From positions 200,074,001 through 200,138,000 of the forward strand of contig OZ024740.1 of NCBI GenBank assembly GCA_964016885.1: a stretch of 64,000 nucleotides of DNA, given 5' to 3'. Position numbers and translations under genes: made by a program. Every line of letters begins with the position of its first letter. The first letter of the stretch is position 1. Origin of the DNA: Eledone cirrhosa. Taxonomy: Eukaryota. Positions 1-13,183 of this stretch are shown here, in pieces. Below the pieces are notes generated by a model that was not told where the DNA came from, ran no database searches, and was given only the letters and a program-made list of their open reading frames with translations.

Positions 1-149
1 AACAATGTCATATTACAAAGCTGGACGGAGTGGTCGTTTGGTGGGGGGCATGCCTAGGCTAGTTTTTGGTGAGTTTGGTGTAGTGGATAGTCAGCTTTCG
101 TTTGCGCCTGCGCAGAATCGCGGAAGGCAATTGTTGACCACAGGGAAAC

Positions 150-1250
150 GGCAGGCGATTCAAGGACACACTATGTATGTCGTTGTCATATTTCTGCAAG
201 TACCATCTGTACATCTTATTCAATAGACTACATTTCTAGTTTTACAGTTTATCTGGGGTTTCACTTTACATGTAACACATTTCTTATTAGTACAGTGGGT
301 TTTATTAAAGGGGTATGTTTTGCTGATCAGGGATTGTATGGTAGTTCCTGTCTTTTCTACCACTTTAATCTTTAAGTGGGTCTTTCTTGGGGCCTTTCTA
401 CATTGGTTAGCTAATTTCCCCCTGGTATCTCTGGTTGTCGTACCATGAGGTGGCTTTCCTTATCTTATGTTTAGTCCTATCTAATCTATTCCATTATTTG
501 CTCCTGTATAATGGGCGAATTCCTTTCATGTCCATTTCTATGAGGGCCTTATACTTCTCCGTGACTCCTTTGTATACTCTGATTCTGTATCTTTGGTTGT
601 AGCCAGAGAACTGCATGCGGTTGTTGAAGTGTTGGATGTGTCTTTCCATTTCTGTTGGGTCGCACATGCGGGACACCTTCTTCATGAATCGTACCAAGTC
701 TGTGATCAGAATATTAAAATTAGCACGATTGGACATTGCTGAGTTTTTGAATTATCAGGAATTTGGAGGCAATGGCTTTAGCATATTGTGAATGGAGCAT
801 TTGGGCCCTCTCGTCTATGGTGTTAATGAAGAGTCCCGTGTCTAATACAGGTAGTCTATTGATAGGGTGTTTGGAAGCGTAGTCAACAGTTACTGTTATA
901 CTCTGCTGGATGCTTTACATTGTGCTATATTCTAAATCCTATTCATTAGTACTCACTTGTGGGGGTGTTATTATTACTATATCAATATCGTCTACGTAAC
1001 GAGAGAACATGACGAAGTCTATGGAGCTCTCTTCAAGGAGATCTTTGATTCTCCTTTCCCACCATACCATAAATAGATTGGCAACATCGCCAGCTGTACT
1101 GACGCCAATGGCTGGTCCCTCATTCTGGGTGTAGATATTTTCATTGAATTTAAACATATGGCCCTTTAGGCTAGCCCCTATTGCATGCGCGACCATTTTT
1201 TCTCACGTGATCATTGTTTTTGTGTGTCCGTATGTCTTCGGTCCAGAAAA
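150..1250 (-). mobile_element. Penelope-like element fragment (RT palm/thumb, Cys-rich linker, start of GIY-YIG), decayed; inverted partner of the + strand copy
   Basis: ORF 939-1196 has QNEGPAIG..VANLFM..FSRYVDDI (RT motifs B', C). ORF 494-736 is thumb-like. Manual translation of about 345-170 gives CTNKKCVTC..NCKTRNVVY*IRCTDGTC..TYI. 780-1250 is the reverse complement of about 2770-3250. Confidence 0.8.
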
Positions 1251-3254
1251 ATGTCTCACGAAAATACGTTGGAATACGCGAAAATAAATAACAATATTAC
1301 GGACAACAACGATAATAACGAAAGTAGTAATATAAACAATAAATTTGACTATAGAAATAACAGCTATAATAGTAATAGTCATAACAATAATAATAGCAGG
1401 AGAGAGGAAAATAATAATAATAATGGAAATGTTATTGATAGACAGGACAACAACAACAACAACAACCACAATAATAATGATAATGCAAACGTTAACGTCA
1501 GACAGGACAACAACAACAACAACAACAACCACAGTAATAATAATAGAAATAATACGAGTAGAAACATTAACGATAAGCACAACAAAAACAACCACAACAA
1601 AAACAAGAAACATAAAGGTAACAACCACAATGGTAGAAATAACAGTAACAACAATAACAATAGAGAGGACAACAACAATACATCTAACAATCATAACAAC
1701 AATAATATTAACGGTAAGAACAACAACAACCACAATAACAATAATAGTAGCACACACAACTATGACGATAGATTTAATGATAACCCTTTAGAGAAACTAT
1801 TCTTCACCCAGCTGACAAAACATAGAAGACGAGCCAAATTTATCCCACTAAATTACCTTTTAATAAAAGAGCTTGTATACCACAACAAATAGATGACGAA
1901 ACAGAGGCACAGTTTACCATAGCTAGAAATAAGCTCAAACAGGTAGTAGACCGACATACTAAGAAACAAAGCAGACCAGAAATCCAACACCTTGTAAGGA
2001 AACCTGTAGAAGGCCTACTGAGCCTCAAGCAGCGCACAAGGCTGGGGAGGTAGTGTGTCTAGCCACAGATAAATCTGGTCGGATGTCAATAGACAGCATA
2101 CTGAACTATATCAAGGCTATGGAACTCCACATCACCAACACGAGCGAAACAACAAACACATGAGGGGAGAGGGAAGATCCTCAACGCTCACATGATGATG
2201 TGGACCGACATCCTTATACAAGCAGGAGCACTGCCAACAACTTCCAGGCGTCTAACAATGACATACAACCCTCGTATGGGCTCCGCAAAGACCATAAGAC
2301 AGCCGATGACCCAATGGCAGGACCACAAACAAGACCTGTATGCGGACCCAATATTACTAGCAACTACATGATCTCCTACATCCTCTCGGTGTTTATACGC
2401 CCCATAATTAAGATGTCCCCAGATATATGTGACAGTACAGAGGATCTCCTCAGCAGAATCAATGAGTGCAACAAAAACAAAAAATTATCTAACTGCATAA
2501 TAGGCAGTATGGATGTGGTATCACTGTACCCATACATTAACATTGATTTTGCTGTGGAAAAATGTGTGGAAATAATCAGTGAGAGCGAGATGGAGTTCTG
2601 CGACGTCGACCCAGATGAACTGGGCCTCGTACTTAGACTTACTTATGACATCGAGTAGCTAGATAGCCATGACCATAGCCATTTCTGCCCCGGTAGACCC
2701 ATAAGAGGTAGACCGCCACCATAACTTCAATGACAAATAAAAATCCCATAGGAAGGTGGAATGGATGGACCAAAACCATACGGTCGCCCCAAAAACAATG
2801 ATCTCGTGAAAAAATGGTCGTGCATGCAATAGGGGCTAGTATTGAAATAACCCTAAGGAGCCATATTTTTAAATTCAATGAAAATATCTACACCAGAATG
2901 AGGGACCAGCCATTGGCGTCAGCACAGCTGGTGATGTTGCCAATCTATTTATGGTATAGTGGGAAAGGAGAGTCAAAGATCTCCTTGAAGAGAGCTCCAT
3001 AGACCTCGTCATGTATTCTCGTTACGTAGACGATATTCATATAATAATAAGAACACCCCCACAAGAGAGTACTAATGAATAGGGTTTAGAACATGGCACA
3101 ATGGAAAGCATCCAGCAGATAGCTAACTCCATACACGAGAGTATAACTGTAACTGTTGACTACCCTTCCAAACACCCTAACAATAGACTACCTGTATTAG
3201 ACACGGGACTCTGGATTAACACTATAGACGAGAGGGCCCAAATTCTCCAGTGCA
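1251..3254 (+). mobile_element. Penelope-like element RT pseudogene (Naiad-like by motif), frameshifted, cut at its 3' end by a SINE
   Basis: VVCLATDKSG at about 2050-2080; YGLRKDHK..TRPVCG; STEDLL; IIGSMDVVSLYP (ORF 2200-2658); YVDD at about 3023; LPVLDT (ORF 3101-3304). Clade assignment is an inference. Confidence 0.8.
1270..1785 (+). repeat. (AAC/AAT)n low-complexity tract read as poly-Asn at the N-terminal side of the PLE RT
   Basis: Seen directly; includes a 60-bp-period duplication (gacaggacaacaac at 1441 and 1501). Confidence 0.85.
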
Positions 3255-3390
3255 TTACTGGTACTTTATTTTATCGACCCCGTAAGGATGAAAGGCAAAG
3301 TTAACCTCGGCGGGATTTGAATTCAGACTGTAAAGGGACGTAACTATGCTAGAAAGCATGGCGTCCAACCCTCTACCGATACTGCTAATA
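3255..3390 (-). mobile_element. tRNA-derived SINE with Nin/Deu-type central domain
   Basis: Reverse complement contains a B-box-like gaattcaaatccc and ttgcctttcatccttacggggtcgataaaataaagtaccag; near-identical to other copies in the window. Confidence 0.85.
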
Positions 3391-3619
3391 AACAAATAAT
3401 GCTGACCGAAGAGAAATATAAATAAATAAATCAATATATACACAAGTACAATAACAAAAAACACATATAAACACACACTAGTAAACACAGATAGAATTTT
3501 AAAAAAAACACACATACACCCAGACGCGAACACACCCACCAAACATTATACACACACGCGAACGTATACGCAGAGACGGAGACAAAAAATAAATAAATAA
3601 ATAAATAAATAAAATAAAG

Positions 3620-4044
3620 ATGGCGTGAACATTACAATACAACACAATAGGAGGAAATATGGTAATAGTACCACTGATGATGTTGCAGATGTGCAACCCG
3701 AATTACTTGATCGTTTTTTTGGGCTATGCGAATGATTGTTTAACCATCGTCTCAGTGTGTTTGGCCTTCAACGTTTGTTATAGCTCTGGTTCATCTGAAT
3801 CATTGAGCACTTGCCGCACATCTCGGAGGTTGTTTTCGTTATTTCGTGGGCCAAAATGCGAATCTCGATAATTTATGTTTATATATATATATGTATGTAT
3901 TTTTATCCGTTGGTCAATCAATCATAAACATTGATTGCCAAGTAAATTAACTATTGAGATATAAAGGAGGCCAAACCACCCCAACAGTGAGTGTGTTCTC
4001 TTATTATTTCTGGCAATATTATTACAATATGGCCCTCCCCAAGC

Positions 4045-4048
<4 letters not shown>
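3620..4048 (+). mobile_element. PLE-terminus-like repeat with a degenerate hammerhead; mosaic of two families
   Basis: 3620-3680 and 3885-4048 match 39440-39720; 3697-3875 matches 24410-24595. CTGATGA-t-GTTGCA-gatg-TGCAAC-cc-GAAT at about 3674-3703. Confidence 0.6.
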
Positions 4049-4099
<51 letters not shown>

Positions 4100-4452
4100 C
4101 AAATCTACACCGGCACACATTTATATAATATAGAACACAACAGAAATATGTGATCGTTAAATCAATAGTATATACAGATACAAATACAACGCCTCGCACA
4201 TATTTTTTTTCTTTTAAGGTTTTTAGGTTGATATGTTGTCCTGTGGATTGGGAATTCTTCCTATTAATTTATCGACTCGTCAGATAATATAAGCTGAAAT
4301 ATGAGCTCTCATTCTTAATTTAGACAATTTAGACACCAATATCAAACGTATGTTGGTGTTAACACACATATTTATCTCTGAATATCTAATACAGGTAAAA
4401 TCATAGAGTGTCCAAACGGTTGCCACCTGTAATAATATATAACTCACTAATT

Positions 4453-4494
<42 letters not shown>

Positions 4495-4754
4495 GACCCT
4501 CTTCGGTCACAAATCACCATGTGATTTGCCCCTAGAGATTTCCGTCCGATGCACAATTCCGGGCATGGTTATTTTGAGAAAGACTAGCAGTCGCCCATGC
4601 ATACCAGCCTCCGCTTTCCACGCCACCAATGATGCCCAAAGGAAAGGCAATGGCCGATACAGCATGGCACCAGTGACGTCGCAATGCATTTCCACAGCGG
4701 AAGAAACTGGGGAAACGTGAAATAAAGTGTTTGCTCAAAAACACAACACATATA

Positions 4755-4854
<100 letters not shown>

Positions 4855-4924
4855 CATAGACAGATAGATGGATAGATAGATACAGTATAACTGGATTGAA
4901 TCCGGAAAAAAATTGACAGAAATT

Positions 4925-5185
4925 GCAAAAGATTAAAAATGAATTTATTAATGCACGAGTTTTACCGCCTGTTTGTGGAGTCATGTAACAGCCTGCACTA
5001 TCTAGATTGTTATGTAAACCACTACAGTGTAATGCGCTATTTCCGTACGCACATAATCAGAGAAACCGAACAAAATTCACTATAGTGTATTAAATAACAA
5101 TCTAGATGTTGCAGGCCGTTAAGTAATAGCACTGAAACAGGTGTTAGCAAAACATCTGCATGAACAAATTCTCTAATGTTTTGCC
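4925..5185. mobile_element. Imperfect fold-back element (old MITE-like palindrome)
   Basis: cagcctgcactatctagattgttat...cactacagtg is mirrored by cactatagtg...ataacaatctagatgttgcaggccg. Confidence 0.5.
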
Positions 5186-5399
5186 CCACCCTTAGCAAAA
5201 ACATTTACCAATAAATTGAAAACATTAGAAGCAATAACAAAATCAATTATTGGTCTCTGGCTCGATTCTCTTATACCATGCGCATTTATGGATACATTTC
5301 CGGTGGAAGGTATTAATTATGAGAACAGAAGTCAGATAAGACCTTTCCATTGGTATTTAGATCGGGATCACCGTTCCTTCTAATAAAGCTGTGGAGACA

Positions 5400-5975
5400 G
5401 AGCCATTCGTCATCTCAAGGAAACATGTGCAATGATCTCCATGTGAGCCATATTCCATTGAAGCAGGTGGAGAAGTTCAAGTATCTCGGAACCATGTTCT
5501 TCGGGGATGGATTGCAGGAGGCAAAATTAAATGCAATAATTGCAAGCGCTAATACATTTATTAGCAGGGAGGTAATTGTATTAGCTAAGCATACTATCTT
5601 TAATTCGGTATCCGTGCCAGCCCATACATATGGTCATGAATCTTGGGTAATAGCCGAAAGAATACGATCGTGAATACAAGCGGGCGTAATGGCGTTTCAT
5701 CGAAGGCTCTCTGGAACAATGTTTCTCACTAGAATGCGTAGTTCCGAGATCAGAGAGTCGCTCCAAGAAGAGCCGCTACCTCTCCAAATCGAAATATCAC
5801 AGATCTGATACAAATGATATGCGTTTAGAATGTCTCCGGAAAGAATCGCTGAGCAGATATTACGGGCAAAATAAACCAGCACGAGACACCAATGTAGACC
5901 CGACCCTTGAACAATATGTTTGGGTCACACCCATGATCTGGGCTGGTCTCGCTTGTAGATAAGCCGTATCAAGTG
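5400..5975 (+). mobile_element. RTE-clade LINE 3' fragment (RT thumb), decayed
   Basis: PLKQVEKFKYLG and TYGHESW in ORF 5350-5673; downstream frames read RIQA..M.F.R and RSSEIRESL.EEPL..QIE. Confidence 0.75.
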
Positions 5976-6064
5976 ATGATGATAGGTTCTTACAGGGGCC
6001 AGTGGTAAGCGTGTTTGATGACTCTTCTCCTACAAGCTTCCCCCGAATATATGGGCGTAGAAGA

Positions 6065-6190
<126 letters not shown>

Positions 6191-6837
6191 ATAATGATTG
6201 CACAAGCGATCCCTTGTCCTAGCTTAGCCCTTTAACCAGTGTCTTATTTGAATGAAGAATTTAAAGGACATGATCCATTTATGTTATCTTTACAAATACG
6301 GCGTATATAATATCGGATTATGTACTGACAGAGATATTTTATTTAAAACCTAGTCAGATGTCTTGTAATGGATAATTTCTTGCTATTTCCTGAGACCTCT
6401 TGACCACATCGATCTTGCAGATGTTTGAGATCTAGCGAAAAGCAATACTCCCAATACCTTTCTCTCGCCATATGTTCTCAGGGTGTGTTTTCTAGAAGAA
6501 CTTCTCGGTGTTCATGTTTCAATAACAAAAGATATTACACGATGGCATTGTTTTTGTTTTGTACACATTTAGGAAAATAATTTCTCTCTAAAACATGTTT
6601 GTTTAATGTTTTTATAAATCTTACTGTGATGACGATTTGTCTATAAAATATGTATAAGCTTTCCATAAAATAAAGGAAAGCGCTGCTCTAACAACATAAA
6701 GAAAAGGAATTGAGGTGGCTCTGCAGAATCTCACACGTTCTCTCGTAAATATATTTATATATTTAATTTTTCATGTTTGGTTACTTTTCGAACTGTTAAG
6801 ATACGGGATATAAACAGATTCCGGGGAAGACGCACAA

Positions 6838-6882
<45 letters not shown>

Positions 6883-6996
6883 TTTATATCTGGATCCTAC
6901 GTGCACCATACATATGCACCTGCTATTTTTATCTAAAATATTGTTTTCCAATTCCAACCCGCCTGTCCCTTCAATCTGTCTTATTTCTCCCTCTTC

Positions 6997-7030
6997 CTTC
7001 TGATGAAGGAATAGCGTCCAAAATGTTAAG
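6997..7030 (+). ncRNA. Degenerate minimal hammerhead motif (GAAA changed to AAAA)
   Basis: ctt-CTGATGA-a-gga-atagcg-tcc-AAAA-tgtt-aag. Confidence 0.45.
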
Positions 7031-7348
7031 ACCCTCTTCCTGCAATCTCAAGCGTTAACCTAAAATATTCCTTCCATATACCGTACCGATTATGTTACTT
7101 CTGTTTACCTTTTATATATATATACAAAAATAAGACAAGAAAATATTACAAAATGCTAATAGAATTGTTTCATGGAAAAACAGAAACCACTTTTTAAAGG
7201 GTAAGACTGGTTTCTGTCAATAAAAATTTCGACTTCCTCATACTAGAAAAATTATATAACAAAGTTAATTAGAACGGAAAATTAAACCCCATGTACATAT
7301 TTCCATAGTTTACATATAGGAAATTGGTTCACCTTTTCGACTCTCTCC

Positions 7349-7379
<31 letters not shown>

Positions 7380-8544
7380 ACTCTCTATATCTATCTATCT
7401 ATCTCTCTCTCTCTCTCTCTTGGTAATGTTGTGGTATATGCGGGCGGGCAACGGGCTTCTGAAGTTGCTGTCTATTTCTCCGAGGTTATCGCAAATGATA
7501 CTTGCCGATGATACCCATCAAAAAATCACATGGTTGTGAAACGAACTACTTCACCACGCAGCACGCCTTGCGTTCATTTATTTAATCTTAAAGAAGTTTT
7601 TTTTTTTATTGACCGAGATATCAGCGAAGATGGTTCATCGTGATTTCTGAAAATATTAGTTTCCATCCTAAATATTTTGAAAATTTAGAACATCAATATG
7701 TAATACTAAGGAGTTGTACTTGTTTGGCAAGTGACCTGATCAAATATCAATTCTTGAAACTGATGCAATTACATCGCTGAAGAGTCATTTTAGCCACAGA
7801 ATTTAATGTCTTGTAAATCATTGGTTTTAGTGTTGAATTTAAAACAATTACATCTTGGAAGAGATTTTACCCATTCAGGACGCATAAAGACTGTTAAATT
7901 CACTTTACATCAATTATGTATTTCTTGATATCAAACTTTTTTTGTTGCAAGGGTGCATTACCAAATGTGATTGCCGTTATTATAAAGGGAGTTATTTATC
8001 TCAATGTGCCTTTAATCAAAATACTTTAAATTTTTTCATGTCTACAAAGGAGACCTGATTTTGGTGTTGTTTATTGCTACTTCAAGTATAATTGATCAGA
8101 CATATGGTTAAAGTTATTTCACCAGTTACCAATCTTTCTTTCAAACAATGCTTTTCCGTATTTTAGATATGATCTAAGAGTAAACCTTTCGTCTTGAAAG
8201 CATGACATACTGTGTGGAATTGTGTCTAAATTTCACTACCACAGCCTCCGATCAATCAAAACCTTTTACGGGAATTTGTTGAGAGAAACACTGCGACAAC
8301 CCATTGATTACACCTGTAATTCACACGTTCGGTCTTGTCACATATTGGCCACACGAATCCGGCATGCGAATTACGTTCAGGGCAGATATGCTTCTAGAAT
8401 ACTTGCCATTTGCACGTTAATTAATATAGAAACCGACACTATGTCGAAAATGTGTTGCTATTGTTTCCTGCAAATTAAGTCACATTGTTGAGAGTCTTTC
8501 GCTGGTACGTGAGTTCTTTCCATGTTTAGTTAGTGGTCAAGAGC

Positions 8545-8843
8545 AGACATATGAATAAAATTAAACGCATCTCTTTCATTTGCGAAAAGAACTCGAGACC
8601 ACATTATTCTTAATTATTTTCAAAATTACCTGATTTTCAACGACTGTATTTCATTAGAAATGTATTTACTGAAGTTGGGACATTCACCGACAATTATCAC
8701 GTATCCCAGTCAATGAAAACTATGCTTTGGTCACCCCACCTGCTAGACATAGCACTTGCTTATTATGAAATAACTCTTTCAATAATGTGGTCTCGAGTTC
8801 TTTTCGCAAATGAAAAGATGCGTTTAACTTTATTCATATGTCT
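8545..8843. repeat. About 63-bp inverted repeats (8545-8608 and 8781-8843), MITE-like
   Basis: agacatatgaataaa...gaactcgagaccacattatt versus aataatgtggtctcgagttc...tttattcatatgtct. Confidence 0.8.
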
Positions 8844-8848
8844 TTATT

Positions 8849-8918
<70 letters not shown>

Positions 8919-8923
8919 CGTGT

Positions 8924-8984
<61 letters not shown>

Positions 8985-10659
8985 TGTGTGAGCGTCTTCC
9001 CCGGAATCTGTTTATATCCCGTATCTTAGCAGTTCGAAAAGTAACCAAACATGAAAAAATAAACATATAAATATATTTACGAAAGAACGTGTGAGATTCT
9101 GCAGAGCCACCTCAATTCCTTTTCTCTATGTTGTTTAGAGCAGCGCTTTCCTTTATATTATGGAAAGCTTATACATATTTTATAGACAAATCGTCATCAC
9201 AGTAAGTTATATAAAAACATTAAACAAAAATGTTTTAGAGAGAAAATGTTTTGTGACATGGCTGCTTCTTTAAATTATATGTATATTTACAGGGGAGTTA
9301 GAGTGGTACGGCGTGTGACAAAGCTGATCTTTTGAATTCATAAGTACATTACAAGGCAGATGTCAATGTAGTGAATCTGAACCAATAAATTATAGGTGCA
9401 TTACAAGTTATAAATCAGTGTAGTAAGACTGACCCTTTACATTATAGATACATGACAAGCCAGAATGCGCATGGCATAAAGTGTGACAAGTTTGTCCATT
9501 TGAATTATAGGTACATTCCGACAGACGAATTTGCACAATTTTTGACTACACAATTTAAACAGAAAACTTACCTCAACTCGGGGCTAATACACTTTTCCAA
9601 TATGCTAGTCAGTGGGACTTCATGAATGTGAAACTGAATAGCTTAAACGCCCGTACATTTATATATACACACTGAGAGGCATGTACTTGTATGTGTAAGG
9701 TAGGTGTATAGGACGGCTTTATTGTTTGGTCAGGCCAGACAACGCAAGGCCCATGATATTTTCGGGCCATCAGAGACAGCTTGGCGAGATGAAGTTAGGT
9801 TTCTTCAAGTAGAAAACCTGGCCGTAAAGCTTGCTGTAGATTATAATCTGCTAAAAGCACCAAAACAGTAGATGGTGAAGTAAAGCCGGACGACTGTAAT
9901 ACATACATTTATAGCACAGACATTTGAATAATAGCGATGTTAGTTAGTTACTGGTTTCCAATGGCCCAACCAGTGGCTCAATGCACTTTCAATATCGTGA
10001 GTGACAAGGCTGTCTGGGTAATTCGGGCAGAACAGACACACCAATTAATTGCCAATTTAACGCGAATATACATATATATAAATATTTCGCCAATACAAAC
10101 TCACTCACACATATACACAGACACTGACGAAATGGATCTTTATATATTTTGTCGTCGTTAATATTTCCATGTTGTCAATGTTTTTTTTTCTCCGATGTTT
10201 CTAAAATTAAAAGATAGTGATTTTAATTAATGCGAAGAAATAATCGTGATGTCGTTTCCATACCGTGCTTAGACCTCGAAACTCTCTATCATCTCACAAC
10301 TATAATATGTTAAAATGAGGTGATGCTTGCTTGATTGCAGTGTGATACTGGTGCCGCAGTCTATAGTGCCATACCACAGCGTCCGATGTGTTGTGAGACT
10401 ATTCGTATCTACTGTACAGAGATAAATCTCTAGTTCGAATATGAACACAGAACACAAATACTTGTATGTATACTGCAACGAAACGCGTTCCAGACTCGAA
10501 CAGTTCGACAAGGTAATATATTTAGTATGGTATGGTATGGTATGTTCCCGTAAATCCAGATAGAGTCGTAGGGGCGCCCTATTGACATACAGCGTTTCTT
10601 GGGCATTTAAGCCTGGCGGAGCCCATCCATCTTCAGAAGTGAGTACAGCAGATTTCTTC

Positions 10660-10808
10660 CAGGAAGAGGGACAATCGACCCTTGTATTAGACTGGTACTT
10701 TTTTATCGACATCGAAAGGATGAAAAGCAAAGTTGACCACGGCGGGTTTAACGAATTCTATACAACATTCTATCCGACTTTCTAACGACTCTGCCATTTC
10801 GCCGCCTA
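10660..10808 (-). mobile_element. tRNA-derived Nin/Deu-domain SINE, diverged
   Basis: actggtactttttatcgacatcgaaaggatgaaaagcaaagttgacc; head ends ctgccatttcgccgcc. Confidence 0.75.
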
Positions 10809-11159
10809 TATTATATTAGTAACACCCCGTCAAAAAAGAAGCAGCAAAGTTGAGTTCAGTGAGATTTGAGCTTGGAGCGGATAATTAGAATAAATAACAC
10901 AAAACATCCTCTCAAAACTGTATACATATATGTATGTATACATGTATCGATACATGTATGTATATGCCTATATGTATATAAATGTGTTTGCGTACACACA
11001 CACCGCATGTGCGCACGTATATACGTAAATATGTATGCGTGTGTGCATATGCACATTCAGACATAATTGTCAGTCTTTTATAGATGATAATCGGATTTAC
11101 AAATAATAAATATCAATCCATTTTCCATATAATAATAACAGCAACAACAATAATAATGA

Positions 11160-11520
11160 TTTCTACTATAGGCACAAGGCCAGTAATTTGAAGAGGAGGG
11201 GAAAGTTGATTAAATCGAACCCAGTACTTTATTTTATCCACCCCGCAAGAATGAAAGACAAAGCTAACTTTGGCAGAACTTGAACTCTGAACGTAGAGGA
11301 CCGTAACTATATGCCACAAAGCATATTTTCCGATACTCTAATAATACTGAAAATCCCATAATAATAATAATAATTGTTTCTTATATAGGCACAAGGCCAG
11401 AAATTATGGGGGGAGGGGAAATTCGATTAAATCGACCCCAGTGCGTGACTGGTACTTTATTTTATCGACCCCGTAAGGATGAAAGGCAAAGTTAACCTCG
11501 GCGGGATTTGAACGCAGAAT
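11160..11520 (-). mobile_element. Two adjacent SINE copies (about 11160-11345 and 11380-11520)
   Basis: Both have taggcacaaggccag..gattaaatcga.cccag..tactttatttatc..gatgaaag.caaag and are flanked by (AAT)n. Confidence 0.8.
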
Positions 11521-12483
11521 GGCAAGTTAATAATAATAATAATAATGCTTTCTTTATTAACCTCAAGGGTTGACACAATATATAACATTAAGGACAATAC
11601 AGGACAATACAAATGGGCATATCTGTGTGTAAAAAAAAACAAAAATAGAGTGTGATACAAGATTAAAAATAACTACAAAAAATATAACACCACTTCACAT
11701 CCCAAACCATATACAATATAAATGAAAAAATACTGTTGTATAACTTACCACGTTTTGGCTGGATTTCAAAAACTTCGTAGTTTTATCCAAATGATTTCCG
11801 TCATTTATCTTACCTTCCTCCAATGTTAAATAGCAGAGATTTCTATCATATTTTTCTATGCATGTATCTAGGCCGTAAAGTAACGGTCTTTATATTATTT
11901 TTGCAATTTTGCAATTGGTTTTTTCTTGTAATTGTTATGGTGGTGGTTGTTTTATTTTGTTGTGTTTAGATTTTCTCTGAATTAATTACATAACAAATCT
12001 AGATAATGAATGTCTTTTAAGAAATACAAATGAGATTCGTTTTATTGTTGGTTTGTTATGAACGGAGATTTTCTTTTCTTATTTATTTATGAATGCATGG
12101 TCTAATTATTTCGTTTATTGTTATATGCTGCTACTGTTGATAACGATGATGATGATGTGTTGTTAGAGTAATTATCAATGCTGTAGCTGTTAGTTATGTT
12201 TTTGTTCCATTCTTCTTATTTTTATTTTACATCTCAGATTATAAAACAGATTTTCAGATTATTCAATTAATACAATTGTAAACTTCCTTTCTCCAACCAT
12301 GAGTCAAATGGATATACTACTCACCTATGTATATATATATATACGTGTGTGTGTCTGTGTGTACGTGTGTGTGTGTACGTGTGTGAGTGTGTGTGGGTGT
12401 GTGTGTGTGTGAGGTGTATGTATGTATATATAACTCTTCCTATTTTGGGAACCGGCTATACACAGGGGCTACTCTAGTGTAGG

Positions 12484-12525
<42 letters not shown>

Positions 12526-12956
12526 ATATATATGTGTGTATATATATGTGTGTGTGTTTGTGTTTGCGTGTCAGTGCGTATATGTCACTGAATTATTACA
12601 TGTTTTCCAGTGTGTAATGTATTTCTATATATCGCGACAAGGTGTAATCCAAAATCCAGCAAACAGTCAGTTAAAGTAATAATATATTACTAAGATATGT
12701 ATATACAATACACTCAAGTTGAAGAGGAAATATCCTTGTTCTTCCGTGTAATATCTAGGATGGATACAATTTTAATAAATGCACTGGGACCTAGGACACA
12801 CGTGAAACGTAGGTGCGGTTTTAGTCTCAGTTTTTCACCCCAACTTCCCCGTGTGTGTGAGTGTAGTGCTTTGTATTTGTGTGTGCCAATACAATATAGA
12901 TATAGTTAGCATTCTGTTATATATACATACATATATAAATATATATATATATATCA

Positions 12957-13005
<49 letters not shown>

Positions 13006-13065
13006 TATATATTAAGTTATTTCTCCATTATTTTCCTCTCCTTCTCTCTTTCTCCCTCCTGTTAG

Positions 13066-13183
13066 AAATGATGTTAGAATCGCAGAAATGTCGCAGGTAA
13101 GAATGCAACAGAAGCGTATAGCGAGTGATATGGCGAAGGCTGAAAGTTCCGTTAAACTTATATCTCCGTGGGAAAAGCGGTAG
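13066..13183 (+). CDS. Candidate terminal coding exon of an unidentified host gene
   Basis: Long polypyrimidine tract ending gttag at 13065, then a stop-free frame NDVRIAEMSQVRMQQKRIASDMAKAESSVKLISPWEKR* in non-repetitive sequence. An internal cag|gtaaga donor after 13096 is an alternative. Protein not recognised. Confidence 0.5.

Larger units (their letters stand above)
6580..9247. repeat. Pair of about 265-bp inverted repeats (about 6580-6845 and 8985-9247)
   Basis: For example ggaattgaggtggctctgcagaatctcacacgttc is mirrored by gaacgtgtgagattctgcagagccacctcaattcc. Confidence 0.85.

Noticed and set aside
170-345. Selenocysteine-encoding Naiad (in-frame TGA in VVY*IRC)
   Set aside because: The TGA is not at a Cys position. 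The conserved Cys codons, including the one before DKSG, are TGT/TGC, and the copy has other lesions. Simple decay is more likely.
1185-1892. Host Asn-rich or membrane proteins from overlapping ORFs
   Set aside because: Trinucleotide-repeat artefacts within a PLE; the ORF start crosses the inversion junction.
8713-9070. Cys/Val, His/Thr and Tyr/Ile-rich ORFs here and throughout the window
   Set aside because: Translations of (TG)n, (CA)n and (TA)n microsatellites.
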